Source: Octopus vulgaris (taxonomy: Eukaryota). Taken from it: a stretch of 64,000 nt of DNA. Shown piece by piece: positions 53,790 to 64,000 of the stretch. The stretch lies in the NCBI GenBank assembly GCA_951406725.2, contig OX597820.1:117180001-117244000 (forward strand). Direction: 5' to 3'. The translations under genes were made by a program, and so were the position numbers. Within the stretch, counting starts at the first letter, position 1; every line of letters starts with the position of its first letter. Below the pieces are notes generated by a model that made no database searches, was not told the DNA's origin, and was given only the letters and a program-made list of their open reading frames with translations.

Positions 53790-54650
53790 TGTTCAGAGAG
53801 ATATGCTGTGCTTGAGAAGACCCAGCAAGCCAAATGAGACCATCACCATGGCCTAAGCCAGTGCTGTGTAACCATTCCATTTAAGAGTACCCTTCAATCA
53901 CTGGACAATAAACTATGCCTGCGAAGACCTGTTGAGGCAAGTGAAATCAAAATCACTGACATGGCCAATGACAGTACCTATGTCTTTATTACCCACAAGG
54001 GGCTAAACATAGAGGGGACAAACAAGGACAGACATAGGTATTAAGTCGATTACATCGACCCCAGTGCGTAACTGGTACTTAATTTATCGACCCCCGAAAG
54101 GATGAAAGGCAAAGTCGACCTCGGCGGAATTTGAACTCAGAACGTAGCGGCAGACGAAATACCGCTCAGCATTTCGTTCGGCGCGCTAACGTTTCTGCCA
54201 GGCATTCTCTCGCCAATGACAGTACCGCCTGATTGACACCCGTGCCAGTGGGACGTTAAAAGCACTATTCGAGCATGGTCATTGCCAAGGCCACTGACTG
54301 GCTCCCGAACCAGTGGCATGTAAAAAAAAGCACCATTCAGGTGTGGTTGTTGCCAGTGCTGCCACACTGGCGCCTGTGCAGGTGACACATAAAAAGCACC
54401 ATTTGAGCGTAGCCGATGCCAGAATCCCCTGACTGGCCTTCATGCCAGTGGCATGTAAAAGCACCCACTACACTCTCAGAGTGGTTGGTGTTAGGAAGGG
54501 TATCCAGCTGTAGAAACCCTGCCAGACCAGACTGGTTCCTGGTGCAGCCTTCTGGCTTGCCAGCCCTCAGTCAAACTGTCCAACCCATGCCAGTATGGAA
54601 AGAGGGTGTTAAACGATGATGAGGACGATGATGATGATGATGATGATGAT
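53790..54650 (+). mobile_element. RTE 3' UTR copy interrupted by a family B SINE
   Basis: GAGAAGACCCAGCAAGCCAA.., tandem units and (GAT)n tail. Confidence 0.85.
53979..54211 (-). mobile_element. tRNA-derived SINE, family B, with a 15-bp TSD
   Basis: TSD GCCAATGACAGTACC at 53964-53978 and 54212-54226. Confidence 0.92.
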
Positions 54651-54744
54651 GATTTACTTATAGTAACCAATGCTCCAGTTTTTATAGGCACACCTTTACA
54701 GTTTTTATATTCCAAATTCTTGCAATTTTAAATTTTAAAGGATT

Positions 54745-55159
54745 ACTCTTACTCTCTTTTACTTGTTTCAGTCATTTGACTGCAGCCATGCTGGAGCACC
54801 ACCTTTAGTCAAGCTAATCGACCCCGGGACTTATTCTTTGTAAGCCCAGTACTTATTCTATCGGTCTCTTTTGCCGAACCGCTAAGTAACGGGGACGTAA
54901 ACACACCAGCATCGGTTGTCAAGCAATGCTGGGGGGACAAACACAGACACACAAACACACACACATACATATATATATATATACATATATACGACAGGCT
55001 TCTTTCAGTTTCCGTCTACCAAATCCACTCACAAGGCATTGGTCGGCCAGGGGCTGGCTATAGCAGAAGATACTTGCCCAAGATACCACGCAGTGGGACT
55101 GAACCCGGAACCATGTGGTTGGTTAGCAAGCTACTTACCATGCAGCCACTCCTGCGCCT
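54745..55159 (-). mobile_element. tRNA-derived SINE, family A, full length
   Basis: Near-identical to the other family A copies. Confidence 0.92.
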
Positions 55160-56310
55160 TGTATTTTTTTGTTTTCTTTCTTTACAATCCTGGAATCAAA
55201 CGGACAAGATGGATCAATTAGTGAGCAACATTGCTTTTCCTTGTCTATTATTGCTATCTTTGGTCTGTTATTTTGTAATTTCTTGTGTGTTTCAATAGGG
55301 AATTCCCACAGAATCTTACAATTTTCCAACTCCAGCAGTCATTTGACCCCATGTTCATACCATGGGTCTCCAGCTTCAAATCACCATTTCTAGCAAAGTT
55401 TCCAGTGTAAAACACATCTCTTTCTCTTTCTCCATCTCTCTCTTTCTCTCTCTCTCCATCTCTCTCTCTTTCTCTCTCTCCTTCTCTGTCTCTTTCTCCC
55501 TCTCTTCTTTCTTTCGCCAAATCCATCTCCATCTTTCCAACTCTTTCTCTCTTTCCTACCATCTCTCTCTCTCTTAATCTCTCTCCATCTCTCTCTCTTT
55601 CTCTCTCTCTCCATTTCTCTTTCTCTCTCTCCATCTCTCCAACTTGGTCATGCCTCCATTTCTTATATTCTTCCTGTGCCAATGTGTGGCATTCTCTCAC
55701 AATGTGTGCCACTATCTTGTTCCAAGTTCCACAGATTCTACATTTTTCTGACATATTCTCCCCATGTACATCTTTCCTCAAGTTGTTTGTTTTTATCACT
55801 TGATCCTGGCTGCTACAATTAGCCCCTCTGTTTCTGTTTTTGATTGCCTTTTTTTTTAACCAAGCCCTGGATTTTGTTCTACATACACCTTCAGTGGCTC
55901 TCCAGAATTGACCATAACATGTTCTCTTTGAATTTCATTCTTGTCCTTTTCTCTTATTCCACACTTGGTCACCAGTTCCTTATTCACCATCTTTAATAGT
56001 TTCTTTCTGCTGTTCTATAAATATTCTAGTAAGCGTTACCTTTCCATCTGTGCACACTCTTCTATAACAATTAAGCCTCTTCCACCCTGGTTTCTCTTTA
56101 GGTACTCCCAGTTGATATCAGCTTTCAGATGGTGGGTTCCATGCATTGTCAACAACTTTCTAGTTTTTCTGTCAAGTTCTTGTATGTCGTTTTTTGGTCC
56201 AGTCTATAATTCCAACTCCATACTTGATTAGGAGTATTGCTCTTGCATTTATTGCTTCAATAACATTTTTTGCATTCAGCTTTGACTGCAATTATTTTCT
56301 CACCCTTCTC
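55160..56310 (-). mobile_element. R4/Dong LINE fragment, decayed, with a CT-rich insertion
   Basis: SKLNAKNVIEAINARA, ETEGLIVAA, KCRICG..VAHIVREC..YKKWRHDQVG, KILWEFPIET..NNRPKIAII..LIDPSCPFD. Confidence 0.88.
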
Positions 56311-56337
56311 TCTGCTGGTGATTTGTTTCATTATTAT

Positions 56338-57110
56338 TGAGTGAGAGAGCAGAATATGCCATCAAAGTGACACTGAGGTACAAATAAATGAAGCCCAGTA
56401 TACCCATCATAACTACCCGTCTGATAAGGGTACACCAGGTACATGAATCACAACCATATGTGTGCGACATGGTGATCCCATATCAAGATTAGCAGTGCAT
56501 GACCTTGCAGGTAGGGCCCAGTTAGAATTTTTTCAGGTCAAGTAGCCCATGCCACTCAAAAGGTACCTGAATAAGGTTTGTTTAAGGATGTTGAATGAAA
56601 TACCCATGTTTCCAGAGGTGAATTACCCAAACCCCAAAGAATTCTCTCCAAAACATATGGCTGTGATTCTCCCCCACTACATCTGCTTGCAATCAGTGAT
56701 GCACATATCATCAACCACCTAGGGACATGCTCAACTGGTTAAGGTCAAACAAGCAAATCTGTGGTATTGAGCAGAATAAGGTGGCGAGCTGGCAGAAACG
56801 TTAGCACGCCAGGTGAAATGCTTAGTGGTATTTTGCCTGCTGCTACGTTCTGAGTTCAAATTCAGCCGGGGTCGACTTTGCCTTTCATCCTTTCGGGGTC
56901 GATAATTTAAGTACCAGTTACGCACTGGGGTTGATGTAATCGACTTAATCTGTTTGTTTGTCCTTGTTTATCCCCTCTGTGTTTAGCCCCTCGTGGGTAG
57001 TAAAGAGATAGGTATTGAGCAGAATATTTGCTGTAGCCCATCTTTTATACCAACACAAAACAATGCACATGATAACACTTCCAATCAGTTAAGATCAGAA
57101 ACCATGAGAG
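56338..57110 (-). mobile_element. ~550-bp TAA-associated element interrupted by a family B SINE
   Basis: Collinear with 10575-11105 once 56779-57026 is removed. Confidence 0.82.
56779..57010 (+). mobile_element. tRNA-derived SINE, family B, with a 16-bp TSD
   Basis: A box TGGCAGAAACG, B box GAGTTCAAATTC; TSD GGTATTGAGCAGAATA at 56763-56778 and 57011-57026. Confidence 0.93.
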
Positions 57111-57307
57111 CTAGATGGAAAGCTGGCAAAATCATTAGTAAGTCAGACAAAATGCTTAGCAGCATTTCTTCTAGCTCTTTACATTCTGGGTTCAAATCCT
57201 ACCAAGGCTGGCCATGCTTTTCATCCTTTCAGGGTTGCTAAATAAGTACCATTGAGTAGCGAAAGGTAGAGGGAGAGAGATGGAGTGAGAGAAATAGAGA
57301 AGGAGTG

Positions 57308-57354
<47 letters not shown>

Positions 57355-57852
57355 TGGTGAGAGAGAGGAGCACTGGAGGTGGTATTGAATTACACCTTCC
57401 CCTAATATTATTGGCCTTGATCCTAAATATGAAACAATTATTATTGCATCTGAATTAAAAACAATAAATTATCTCCAGCAAACTCCAACCTTTTTGACTT
57501 CATGGAACATGGAACAGCAAATAGAGACTCACCCGTGCATTTCCAGAAAAGTTTTTTAAAAATTGTTTGAATAAAAAAAAATATAGAAATCTGTTGTTTA
57601 GTTTGTTTTATTAATCATATTTGTGTATGACGACATTGTAAACAACATGTTTGTCAAAACAATCAAATATTACCATGGCTTCTCCAAAACCTTAAATTAT
57701 ATTTATTTTTTAAATTTCACAGAACACTTTGAAACCTCTTCCAGCATATTGTCAGGGGACCACTGCTTAACAAGGGTCACTTAACCTGTAAAAATTCACA
57801 GCCAAATCTTCCTCAAATTCAGCCTTGCCAACATATTAAAGAAAAAAATATG

Positions 57853-58320
57853 CACAGGCGTGGCTGCGTGGTTAAGAAGCTTGTTTCCCTACTTCTCAAC
57901 CATATGACCATGAGTTCAGTCCCACTGTGCAGCACCTTGGGCAAGAGTCTTCTACTATAGCCCCAGACCAATGAATGTACAGGAATTTTCTTGAAAGAAA
58001 CTGTGGGGAAGCTCAGTGTATATATACTTGGCTTGGTGGTTAGGGTGTTGCACTCACAATTGTGAGATCAGGGTTCAATTCCCAAACTAGGTGTTGCGTT
58101 GTGTTCTTGAGCAAAGCACTTCATTTCAAGTTGCTCTGCGATCATTTCGACATCTGACATGTGGCACCCAGTTGCACCTGTACAGGTAATGTCAATCTGA
58201 TGGAAGGAGTGAGCCTATATCTAGACAAACATTTGATCACTATAAACATATCATCTGCGTGGTTGTCCAATAAGAATTTGTTGGACCCTCATTCATCATC
58301 TAACGACAGGAGAGTCCATC
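57853..58320 (+). mobile_element. Adjacent SINE family A 5' part (57853-58015) and SINE family C (58028-58320)
   Basis: Two tRNA-like heads: GGCGTGGCTGCGTGGTTAAG..GAGTTCAGTCCC and TGGCTTGGTGGTTAGG..GGGTTCAATTCCC. Confidence 0.72.
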
Positions 58321-58339
58321 ATATATGTATATATATAAA

Positions 58340-59590
58340 GCATTTGGTCACCCTGCAGGGTTAAATACAAAACCTGCCAAAAGGGCAGATGAACTCTGAA
58401 GAGCCAACGACCATCCAAATAAGCAACTGTTGTTACTATTTATGAGGCTTATTAAGCCCTTACCTGCTTAGGACAGTAGCAATAATGGCAACTCCACTGC
58501 CTCGCAGCAATACCCACTTAAAGGAAAGGCTTTGGGAGTGAATACTGAGGATAAATCAGGGGCTGGAGTCCCTAAGGCAGTTTGATGTTGCAGACAACCT
58601 CATTCTGGCAACTCCTGAAGCACCACTGGTGCCAAGTCGCATTGGCCCCTGCCCTTCCCTTGGATAACACTGGTGGCAGTGAAGAAGGGAGACATATTGC
58701 ATGAGCAACTGCTGATCTCCCATGGAAAACTGCCCAGGCCTGTGCCCTAGAGAGGTCACTCCAGCGCCATCTCACAGTGGCAGCAAAACATGGAAAGCAG
58801 AAGTCCACCAGTTTTAAGCCTGCACATAATTGGCTTAAGAGCAAGGTGCCAGAGGTTGCTTTTAATGGAGGGAGAGGCCATTGTGCCTCACTGGACCACT
58901 ACCATTCGCTTCAAGCTGGGCAGCCCCCAGCCAGTTAGGTGCTGTCCCATCACAGCCCACCTGCTCCCCTGGGAGCGTGAAGCTAAGGGAAACTAACATC
59001 CCAAATCATAAGCTGTAAACATTGCAGCAAAAAATTGAACAAGCAAGCAATGCAGGAAACCAGTATTCAGACATGGATGCTGAACCATAAGGACCATGGC
59101 AACTGGTCAGTCAGAAGTCCTTTGAAAGATCAGCAACACACGCAAATCAGCGACAAAGTGAACATTGCAGCACTCCAGGAAACGAAACACTCAGATTCAG
59201 GGACCCTTCGTGAAAGAGACTATGCATTTTTCTGGCACAGGAGAGGCATAGATGAAGTCAGAGAGCATGGTGTCAGCTGTTCCAGGAAGAACTCTCTGCA
59301 AAAGTTGGTAGAACTCAACTGTGAAAGTTCAGAGCAGATATTCTCACTTCGATTGCACACACCTGTTGTGCCTATCAACCTTATCAGTGATTATGTTCCA
59401 ACCCTATATTCTTCACAAGACATCAAGGATAAGTCCTATGATCAGATTCCTAGGAAAATACAGGTGATCCCAAATGGAGAACAGCTGGTGCTACTTGGTG
59501 ACTGCAACACCAGAGTGGGCCCTGATCATGATTACTGGCCGAGGTGTCTGGGTCAGTACAGGCTTGGTAACATGAACGAAAATGGGCATG
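58340..59590 (+). mobile_element. RTE-clade LINE 5' part: GC-richer 5' UTR and APE endonuclease, 3'-truncated
   Basis: ORF 59035..59601: VNIAALQETK, REHGV, LISDYVPT, LVLLGDCNTRVG, GNMNENG. Confidence 0.88.
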
Positions 59591-59719
59591 GAAACAGGTG
59601 AGGACTGATTAGGAAAAGGGGTCTGGCCATAGAAAATCTGCCTCGACTAATTCTGTCTGAGCCATATAAGCTTGGAAATGTAGACATTAAAATGATGATG
59701 AGAATGATGGGATGATGAC

Positions 59720-59985
59720 AGTGGTGGTGGTGGTGGTTGTTGTGGTGGCGGCGGTGGCGGTGGTGGTGGTGGTGGTGGTTGTGGTGGCGGCGGTGGCGGT
59801 GGTGATGGTGGTGGTGGTGGTGGTGGTGGTGGTGGTGGTGGTGGCGGTGGCGGTGGTGGTGTGGTGGTGGTGGTGGTGGCGGTGACGGTGGAGGTGGTGG
59901 TGGTGGTGGTGGTGGTGGTGGTGGTGGTGTTGGCATTGGTGGCAGTGGTGGTGGTGGTGGTGGTGGTGGCAGTGGTGGTGGTGTC
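59720..59985. repeat. (GGT)n microsatellite
   Basis: Direct reading. Confidence 0.95.
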
Positions 59986-60039
59986 AGTGAGTGAGAGTCA
60001 CAGTAATAGCCCTTAATTCTGCAGCTGTCCCAGACTCGT

Positions 60040-60400
60040 GAGATTGTTAGGGATTGGAGTTCAGCTCAAACATCTGTCTGTGAAGGTTTGTAAGGAAACT
60101 TGCAGGAAAGGAATTCCAAAGATTTGCAATTCTGGTGAAGAAAGAAGAACTGAGCAAAAAATGGTTTGTGCTAAGCTTGGACGATGTGACATAAGGAGGT
60201 CGACAGAGAAGAGACAGGTGAGGTGAGTTTGGTTTCAGTAGAAAGGTTACGCAGCTTGTGAGCTCAGATAAGAGGACACCATTGTCATGGTAATGAAAGA
60301 GGCAAAGAATGGGATATTGCATCAGTGATTGTAGTGTTTTGGTGAATGGTTTCTTTGAAATGAAGTCCAGGATTCTATGCATGCAGCAGTGCCAACCAAA
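60040..60400 (-). mobile_element. CR1/Jockey-type LINE 3' remnant
   Basis: LCLFHYHDNG..SEL and SSFFTRIANLWNSFP (SFFPRT.RLWNSLP terminal motif). Confidence 0.72.
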
Positions 60401-61614
60401 GCTGGTGTCCTATTATAGGTCTTAACTCATTTGATATTCTTCATTTTTAACCTTTCATTTAAAAAATTTTCCTTTCATGATTTTCGTTTAATGTTCATTA
60501 AAGCTGAAATATTAACAAATCCATTTTTTCCTCTTCTGCCTCATCACCATTGTTCCAGTTTTCAATGTGCTTCTCTGTTGATACAACATTGTTAACATTA
60601 ATGTTTTGCTTTTAAAAGGACAAACAACCAGAAGTTATGTGACTTTGATAATATTCACTTTGCTCACACTATTCGTTTTTTGTTGTTCTTTTTCTTTTAA
60701 GTGGGTGTTTGTTTGTTTTTTTATTCCACCAAGATTATAACACCTTCAGCGAGAAGGAGAAAAAAAACCAAATAAATTTTACTCAAGAACTGAAGAAAAA
60801 GACGCTTCTTATATATCCATCAAATTCTTGAGACAAACAGTTTAGAAAAATTTAATTATACGTAAAAAGTTGTGCGCCAGCAGAATCGTTAAGATGTCAG
60901 ACAAAATGCTTTGCAGCATTTTTTCTGTATCCTTATGTTCTGAGTTCAAATCCAGCCAAAATCAATCTTGCTTTTCATCCCTTTGGAGTCGATAAAATAA
61001 AGAACCAGTCAAGTACTGGAGTCGATCTGATCAATTTTCCCCCTCCCCTCAAAATTGCTTGCCTTGAAGCATGCAATGGACCAGCGTTGCATTGTGGGTG
61101 ATGTTGCTATTTCAGTCACTTACCCACCATAAAAACCAGGTAAAAACCAGGTGAACAACCAAACGAGTCTGAAGGACTGGGGAGAAAAAACAAAAATCTA
61201 AAATATTATATTAAAAGCACTAATGTTGGTGCCACAGGAAAAGCATCCAAGTACACTTTGCAAAAGGGGTTGGAATTAGGAAGGGCATCCAGCTGTAAAA
61301 AAAATAGACAATGGAACCTGATACAGCTCTTCAGCTGGTCAGGTCCTGTCAAACCATCCAACCCATATCAGCCTGGAAAATAGGTGTTAAAGGATGATGA
61401 TCATCATCATTATCATCATCGTTTCAAAGAGAAAATAAACCGTCCCCTGAGTGAAACTTTCTAGTTTTCTTTTTCTATTCCTTGCTTTTTTTTTTTTCAT
61501 CCAGACCACTTTAAACGCAAACATAATATTGATCATCTTTTTTTGACCAGAAGGGCACATTTCAAGTGCGTTTCATGTGGTCAGATGATCAATAAAAAGT
61601 TTTATATGGATGTC

Positions 61615-62248
61615 AAAATCAAAATTGGTGACGTGGCTGATGACAGTACTGCCTGAGTGACGCTCCTGCCAGTGGAACGTTAAAAGCACATCCAAGCATG
61701 GTCGTTGCTGGGGCCACGGATTGGCTCCCATGCCAGTGGTATGTAAAAAGCACCATTCATGCATGATCGTCGCCAGCATCACCTTATAAGCATATGTGCC
61801 AGTGGCATGTGAAAAACAACATTCGAGCGTGGTCATTGCCAGTGCCGCAGGACTGGTTCCTGTACAGGTAAGCACATAAAAAAACACCTTTTGAATGTGG
61901 TCGTTGCCAGAACCCCCTGACTGGCCCTCGTGTTGGTGACACATAAAAAGCACCATTTCAGTGTGGTCGTTGCCAGAACCCCCTGACTGGCCCTCGTGTC
62001 GGTGGCACGTAAAAAGCACCATTTGAGTGTGGTCGTTGCCAGAACCCCCTGACTGGCCCCTGTGATGGCAGTACGTAAAAGCACCCACTACACTCTCGGA
62101 GTGGTTGGCGTTAGGAAATGCATCCAGCTGTAGAAATATTGCCAGATCGGACTGGAGCCTGGTGCAGCCTTCTGGCTTCCCAGTCCTCAGTCAAACAGTC
62201 CAACCCATGCCAGTATGTTAAGTGGACATTAAACGACAATAATGATGA
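61615..62248 (+). mobile_element. RTE 3' UTR copy with about 7 tandem 66-bp units
   Basis: TCGTTGCCAGAACCCCCTGACTGGCCC recurs at 61901, 61967 and 62033 (period 66), followed by the standard tail. Confidence 0.9.
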
Positions 62249-63173
62249 GGCCTTGAACAAACGACCCAAATGAAAAGCTCTGAGGCAAGGACTAACAAAA
62301 TCTGCTGGATGTAATCCCCCGACTCATCTACTCTTGGTGACTTTTTGGTGAGCCACAAGATGACTCATGTCACCCAGACACCCTACTCTTCAGATTGGAC
62401 CCTGCAGACTTTTCTGTTGCTCTCATCATCATCATCATCATCACATCCAACGTCCATGTCCCATCCTAGCATGTGCTGGATGGTTTGACAGGATCTGATG
62501 TGTCCAAGGACAGCTACATGCTTCAGTGTCAGTTGTGGTTTCTACAGCTGGATGCTCTTCTTAATGTCAACCATTTTATAGAGTCTGTTGGATGTTTTTT
62601 TTTTCTTTTGTGCCACCAACATGCAGATCAAAAGACTACAAAACCTGGTGAAGCGGGGTGGGTGAATTTATGTGAGGAGTTGAAGGTTTAAAGCACGGCT
62701 CTTCAAGGTGTGAAGTAAATAGGTGTTAGGGCAGTGGGACTGAGAGTGTAGTGGGTAGGTGTGTGTGTGTCGGGGTTGTTGCCAGAGTATATGGGTCAGG
62801 GGGAAAGCGAGAGATGGGAGGTAGGCAACAATTTTAAAGACTGGTTTTGATTGAAGAGTGGATGTAAGGAATATTGATGACCAATGGTACATGATTTGGG
62901 GGAAAGTAGAGGAAAGTAGAAGGCAGTGGAGGAGAGAGAGAGAGAGAGAAAGAGAGAGGAAGAGAGAGAGAGAGAGAGACCACATGGTTCGGTTGGCTGC
63001 AGGAGTGAATAACCCCTCTTAATGTTTATTAGTTTCAGATGATTGAAGACATCAAAGAAAATTTGCTTCGTGATTTGCCCCCTATCCATTAAAAGTAGAT
63101 TCCAGAATGTGTTCTAAAACTGGGGAAAAATGTTGAGAGTTTATCTATCAACAGTGGCTGGAAGAATTTTTTA

Positions 63174-63544
63174 TCTCTCTATATATAAACGGCAGTTTGT
63201 CTGTGTGTGTTTCTGTGTGTCTGTTAGGTTGTACCCTCTCCCTGACCACGGCTTTCAACCGATTCTGATGAAACTTGACACACACATAGCCCAATGTCAT
63301 AATTCAAAACTAACACAGCGAAAATTTTGAAAAGTTCCCCCAGTTCTGAAAAAATTCGATAAATTCGACATGGGGTCGAGAATCAGAAACACAAACCACA
63401 GACTGTCTAGGGGACACAACTCGACCTTTTTAACTAAAAAAAAAATTTACCATCATTTTTTTCCATTTTTTGGCTATAACTCTCTAAAAATGCTTTATAG
63501 TTATTTCCCTTACAAACCCGAGCAACGCCGGGCGATACTGCTAG
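63174..63544 (+). mobile_element. Non-autonomous Helitron sharing its 3' end with the 4764/16352 family
   Basis: A|TC start and CCCGAGCAACGCCGGGCGATACTGCTAG|T end, but a different 5' two-thirds. Confidence 0.85.
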
Positions 63545-63814
63545 TACCTCATAATTTCCAAAATAGATAAATAAATTTAAGAATTGAAGAAAGATATGAA
63601 TTGAAAATAGATTGTAATGTATTTTTAGGGAAAACCTTAAAAATCTATAAGAGTATGTATAAAAATTTGGTTTGTCTAAACATAAAAGACAGCAATCTTG
63701 TGAAAAAGATATTACTCGATAGACTGAAAGTTCAGAATAATTTATTGCTCAAATTAATGTCAGGGTTAGGGTATTGTTGGGGTTAGGGTTAGGGATTTTT
63801 CGATTGAATGTATA

Positions 63815-64000
63815 CTCTCTCTCTTTTACTTGTTTCAGTCATTTGACTGCGGCCATGCTGGAGCACCGCCTTTTGTCAAGCAAATCGACCCCAGGACTTA
63901 TTCTTTGTAAGCCCAGTACTTATTCTATCGGTCTCTTTTGCCAAACCGCTAAGTGACAGGGACGTAAACACACCAGCATCGGTTGTCAAGCAATGCTAGG
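63815..64000 (-). mobile_element. SINE family A, 3' half (continues beyond the window)
   Basis: CTCTTTTACTTGTTTCAGTCATTTGACTGCGGCCATGCTGGAGCACCGCC... Confidence 0.92.

Noticed and set aside
61860-62095. CRISPR-like regularly spaced repeats
   Set aside because: The units are contiguous tandem repeats without unique spacers, lie in a LINE 3' UTR of a eukaryote, and have no cas genes nearby.
62330-62410. Minus-strand CUGAAGA as a hammerhead core
   Set aside because: No correctly placed GAAA or helix I partner was found.
63255-63290. CTGATGAAAC as a hammerhead core
   Set aside because: There is no helix II between CUGAUGA and GAAA; it is a common Helitron-internal motif.

Overview
Eukaryotic, AT-rich, microsatellite-dense non-coding DNA with no supportable host protein-coding exon. 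The repeat repertoire suggests a cephalopod, probably Octopus (inference). The window is a mosaic of decayed, often nested transposable elements. These include a Tx1/L1-type LINE, R4/Dong-type RLE LINEs sitting in (TAA)n tracts, RTE LINE pieces with many copies of their 3' UTR/(GAT)n tail, a CR1/Jockey-type 3' end and a Penelope-like RT fragment. There are also mariner and maT DNA transposons, non-autonomous Helitrons, TTAA-flanked MITEs and three tRNA-derived SINE families. The main unexplained signal is three unrelated families of short head-to-head inverted-repeat elements, each carrying a minimal type-I hammerhead ribozyme motif. One family (2 copies, 4 hammerheads) has a tRNA-like Pol III head between its arms. 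One has a compensatory G3-C8 core (GUGAACA). One has a greatly enlarged helix II. They look like non-autonomous Penelope-type ribozyme retroelements. Also notable are tandem 66-bp pseudoknot-like units in the RTE 3' UTR, a SINE whose target duplications start with GGT, a twin-primed LINE and a local templated insertion. Coordinates were read by eye; those of degenerate repeats are approximate, and all RNA structures are manual predictions.
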